Assembly (NCBI GenBank): GCA_964247055.1
Contig: OZ176054.1
Location: 10,602,001 to 10,666,000, forward strand
DNA: 64,000 nucleotides
Origin: Paragordius varius
Taxonomy: Eukaryota > Animalia > Nematomorpha
Direction: 5' to 3'
Below the pieces are notes generated by a model. The model did not search any database. It had not been told where the DNA came from and saw only the letters and a list, made by a program, of their open reading frames with translations. Positions 60,385 through 64,000 of the stretch are shown one piece after another (the first letter of the stretch is position 1; the number at the start of each line of letters is the position of its first letter). The position numbers and the translations under genes were made by a program.

Positions 60385-62469
60385 TTAATTTTTAAAAGGT
60401 GGCTTTCCAACTCCAGCTTCGGCTAAACACAACCGTAGATTCGTATCTTCGGACCATCCACCGTTTGGGTTAACTTGGCCATAGTGTAATGGGTCAAATT
60501 TAGTGATACGTAATTTCATATTCGATAATAAAGCTTTAAAAACTGTCCCCTCATTTTGGTAATTATAGGTGCGTTGAGTAGCTCTCAGCGCTGAAATTGA
60601 ATCTCTATATGGGCCTTTAAGATTTCTACCATTTTTGGGTTCTGGGAGTATGGATCGATTTGTCCGATGCGAAAATTGATAATAATTTGACATTAAAGTC
60701 ACGATAGTTTTGTAGGGAGAACATATATTAGCTATACTACTCAATTGGTTTGAATCATTGTCCTTTTTATATTTGGTCGTTGAGTTACTCTTTGGATTAG
60801 ATGTCATTTGGTGAATTTGGTGTGTACCACAAAGACCTGTATGTTATAAACGTAAACTTTATAAAAAACTGCTAGGTATAACGGGCGATCGCAATTGAAT
60901 TTTATCAGAATGTATATAGGGTAAAAATATCTGTTTTAATATTAATTTATAAATCATTCTATACATTCTCATAATCTAATATAAATGCAGATCAAAACTG
61001 AAGGCAACATTCTATGTACCCCAATTCTAAATATAATGTAACGTTTGTGCTTGAAAAATATCCTTACAATGATAAAATCGCAAATCATCCTAGTGATAAT
61101 ATATAAACCAACTAGATCTTAATCACTACCTATGTGATAGATCATTGAACGGACAGGATATATGGCTTGAACATACAAACCATTAGTTTTGGCTATGCCT
61201 TCAAGCAAGGCATTCAGGGTCCAATCCCAATTGTAATCATTGTAAGTGCAGAAAAAATCAACGCCGTTCTCACCAATTCCCGTTGCCATGGTAACGGGTG
61301 GTTGATTATCAGAAGATTGTGGTTTTTGTAAATTTGATACCCCTACTAACAATGACCACATGTTACGATCCAACACCAATCCCATATTGTGAAGGCTAGA
61401 TCTCCAATGTTGGGATATCATGGCAATCGACATGGGCTGATTAGCGTGTTTAATGGTTCCACCTTCATATATAATTACCAATGATAATATAAAGAAAATT
61501 AAGTATTATTTTTACAAAGCACTATAACATATGTTTCCCTAAAAAATTTCAAAAAAAAATACCAGGTAAAACATTGGATTCAGTCAAAATTGCTTTATTC
61601 TCTGCATCAATTATTTCTTTGGCAAACACCTCAGCGTCCTTATAATGGCCCAGGGAGAGTATAGGCAAAATTATGTGTTTTATCTTTTTGCTAGGTGGTT
61701 CAGTTTTATTCATCAACTTTCTATTCATCGTCGTTTGCATTGATGTCCGTTTTTTACGTTCAATTTGTCGTGGCCCGAACATCTGCTCAAACAATTTTTG
61801 TAAAATCAAGGCATTTTGGTTATCATTTTTACCCAATAAGTGTTCAAGGAGAAAAGATTTATCCAAACGACCAATCATATTGTAGTCTTCAAATACTTGA
61901 TCAAGTTGACTACGTATAGAATGATTTATGTGTCGTTCAATCCAAGCGACTGGGGAAAGTGGTCTTGCAGCTTGATAACTATTGTCATTCATATTCCTAT
62001 TATATACGTTGGTGTAAGTGAGTTGTAAAATTTGCAATGCATCTGGTAACACGTAATAATCTTCTTCGAGCAATAAAACTGGCCCATCATAATCGAATGT
62101 GTTCAAAAATTCTGCACCTGCTTGGTTAGGGAATGCTGCCGCATCCATTTTAATCGCAGTTTGCTGGTGTGCTGTTTTAGGTCCAGTCAAAAGGATTTGA
62201 TTAGCTTTCCACCACCAATGATGTTTTATTAGCGTTATGGCATATTTATTGGTGAGAATCAATTTTAATTTTTCATAAGCCCTATCATCATCATCATCAT
62301 AATCATTTTTGTAATGTGGCCTCATGGATTGTCGAAAAAAGCTTGTCATGTTCTGGGGTATGTCACATTCATAAATTAGGGAATAGAGTGTATCCCACAC
62401 CGGTAAATGCCAGAGTTGTTGAGTTATGTTTGCCATTGTAATTTGGTTTTCTCCATTCCTTTTAAACAT
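60385..62469 (-). CDS. MGAT2: MGAT2-like alpha-1,6-mannosyl-glycoprotein 2-beta-N-acetylglucosaminyltransferase (5' exons unresolved, upstream of 62469)
   Basis: Exons about 62480-61563, 61462-61130, 60836-60385. Motifs IKHHWWWK, LLLEEDYYVLPD, ILSLGHY, HNMGLVL, FCTYNDYNWDWTL, YHIGLCGTH and NGGWSEDTNLRLC parallel MGAT2 (TKHHWWWK, LEEDHY, FCTYDDYNWDWTL, FHAGDCGMH, NGGWGD..HELC). Confidence 0.88.
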
Positions 62470-64000
62470 GTTTGGGGAATCTAAAATATAATTAAATGAT
62501 ATTTAAATATAGTATGAGTAACTGATTGCTAGGTAGATAACGTGTACAGCAGACTATATTATTGGTTTAAAGTTATTTTTTCTTGGTATTATTTGACATT
62601 GTAATTACAAGGTAAAAATTAACATCACTCTTCCTCTTCAAAAAAATTATAAACGCAAAATTTTTAATTTCGCCAATTATAAAATAATTTAATTATAGCT
62701 TTTTTTTGTAAAAATCCGTTTTATACCAAAAGCTTTCCACAAGCAAAGGAATTGTTTTCATAATGCAATGCGGCGGTTCCAAAAAATATTCGAAATATTG
62801 GACCATATTTTATATGTTGTCTTTTTTTAATTGGATCATTATACTAATTCAAACTTTCTAAAGACACACTCTATTAAATAAATTCTTTTAGCTTACAGTA
62901 TGTATGATAATCAATAAATTAAAATAATTGTTAAGGCCTAATAAAAAAACCCTTTTAGGATATAGAATAGCAAAATTAAGAAATTTGATCCAAAAAATTT
63001 TCCATAATAAACTCCTGATCCTTACCGTATCAATCGTGCATCTTTAAGTTTACAATAAAAATTTAGATCAATTTTTTTACATCATTTATAATTACTTAAA
63101 GAACGAATACAAATACCAATTCAAAAGGTTATTTACTCAATATTGCAAAATATGATAGTAGCTGAGATCAGCATTTTTTCTGACGTATATACGATAGCAA
63201 ATTATATTGTAGTTAAACTAATTTTTAATAATACCCCTGCAGATAATATCAATTTTTCAAATGGATATTGTTTATCGATCGATTAGTGTTTCCTCGTAAT
63301 ATAAAAATTTTTGATATAAGCTTATTTACGTAAACTTGGTATATACAATATTAAATAATTAATTTCTATCGATGTATCGTTTAATTTAGTCTAAAAAAAC
63401 AGTGTGTTAATTGAAATGTTTATATCCGAATTTGTTATTTAGAGCTCAAAAACAATAAATCCAAAATGATAAATAATTTTATGAAGGAGACGTATTATTA
63501 GTTCAGAGAGTCTTTTAATTTGATGAATAATTTTATGCTTGAATTTTCAAGCAAAAACAGCATTTTTTTTATCCAAACGCAGTATTTTACAGTTGCTTTT
63601 GACTGAAGGTGTACAATTAAAGGCAAAAAAATAATTACATTAAAGTTCTTTTACTATACAGAAATGAAAATAGCTTTATAAGCAATAATAAAGCTGTTCA
63701 TTACCTCCCTTGTGAAAATTTAAAAATTGCAATGTTTAAGGTCAATGAAATACACAATATAGCTTTAATTATGAAATAGCAAATATAACCTGATTTAATT
63801 TTTTAAAAAAACATTGCGAAAAAACCACGTTAATAAAACATGTTTAAAAATCTGTTTTAGCTGACCAAGAAATATATAAATATTTACACAATGGTAGATA
63901 AAACCACCGACTTTATAGTATTTTACATTATATTATGAATAAAATAAGACAGCTTTTATGTTTTTTTATTTCTCTGTTGTTTAGCCGTTACTTTATTACA

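Overview
Very AT-rich eukaryotic (metazoan, invertebrate-type) genomic DNA with GT-AG spliced genes and the standard genetic code. The species cannot be determined from the sequence. Manual exon assembly gave six recognisable genes: a quaking/held-out-wings STAR-KH RNA-binding protein (-), TMEM184B-like (+), AP endonuclease APEX1 (-), mitoribosomal MRPS22 (+, head-to-head with APEX1), RNA exonuclease REXO4 (-) and an MGAT2-like GlcNAc-transferase with large insertions (-, 5' end unresolved). Two more could not be named: a cysteine-containing LRR (FBXL/AMN1-like) gene (-) and a large multi-exon gene with phase-consistent splice sites and no family I recognise (-, about 34.7-47.4 kb). Introns are bimodal: 22-33 nt micro-introns occur in five conserved genes, alongside 0.5-2 kb introns, many filled by MITEs. 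The non-coding DNA is rich in DNA-transposon derivatives: at least 10 copies of a TA-flanked MITE with an expandable 21-bp subterminal repeat, a self-nested cluster of TTAA (piggyBac-like) MITEs, small hairpin MITEs, a ~1.26-kb foldback element interrupted by a deleted SPIN-like hAT (8-bp TSD), and fossil Buster-type hAT, mariner and RTE-like LINE fragments. I found no rRNA, intact tRNA or CRISPR array. All homology calls come from my recognition of motifs, not from database searches.
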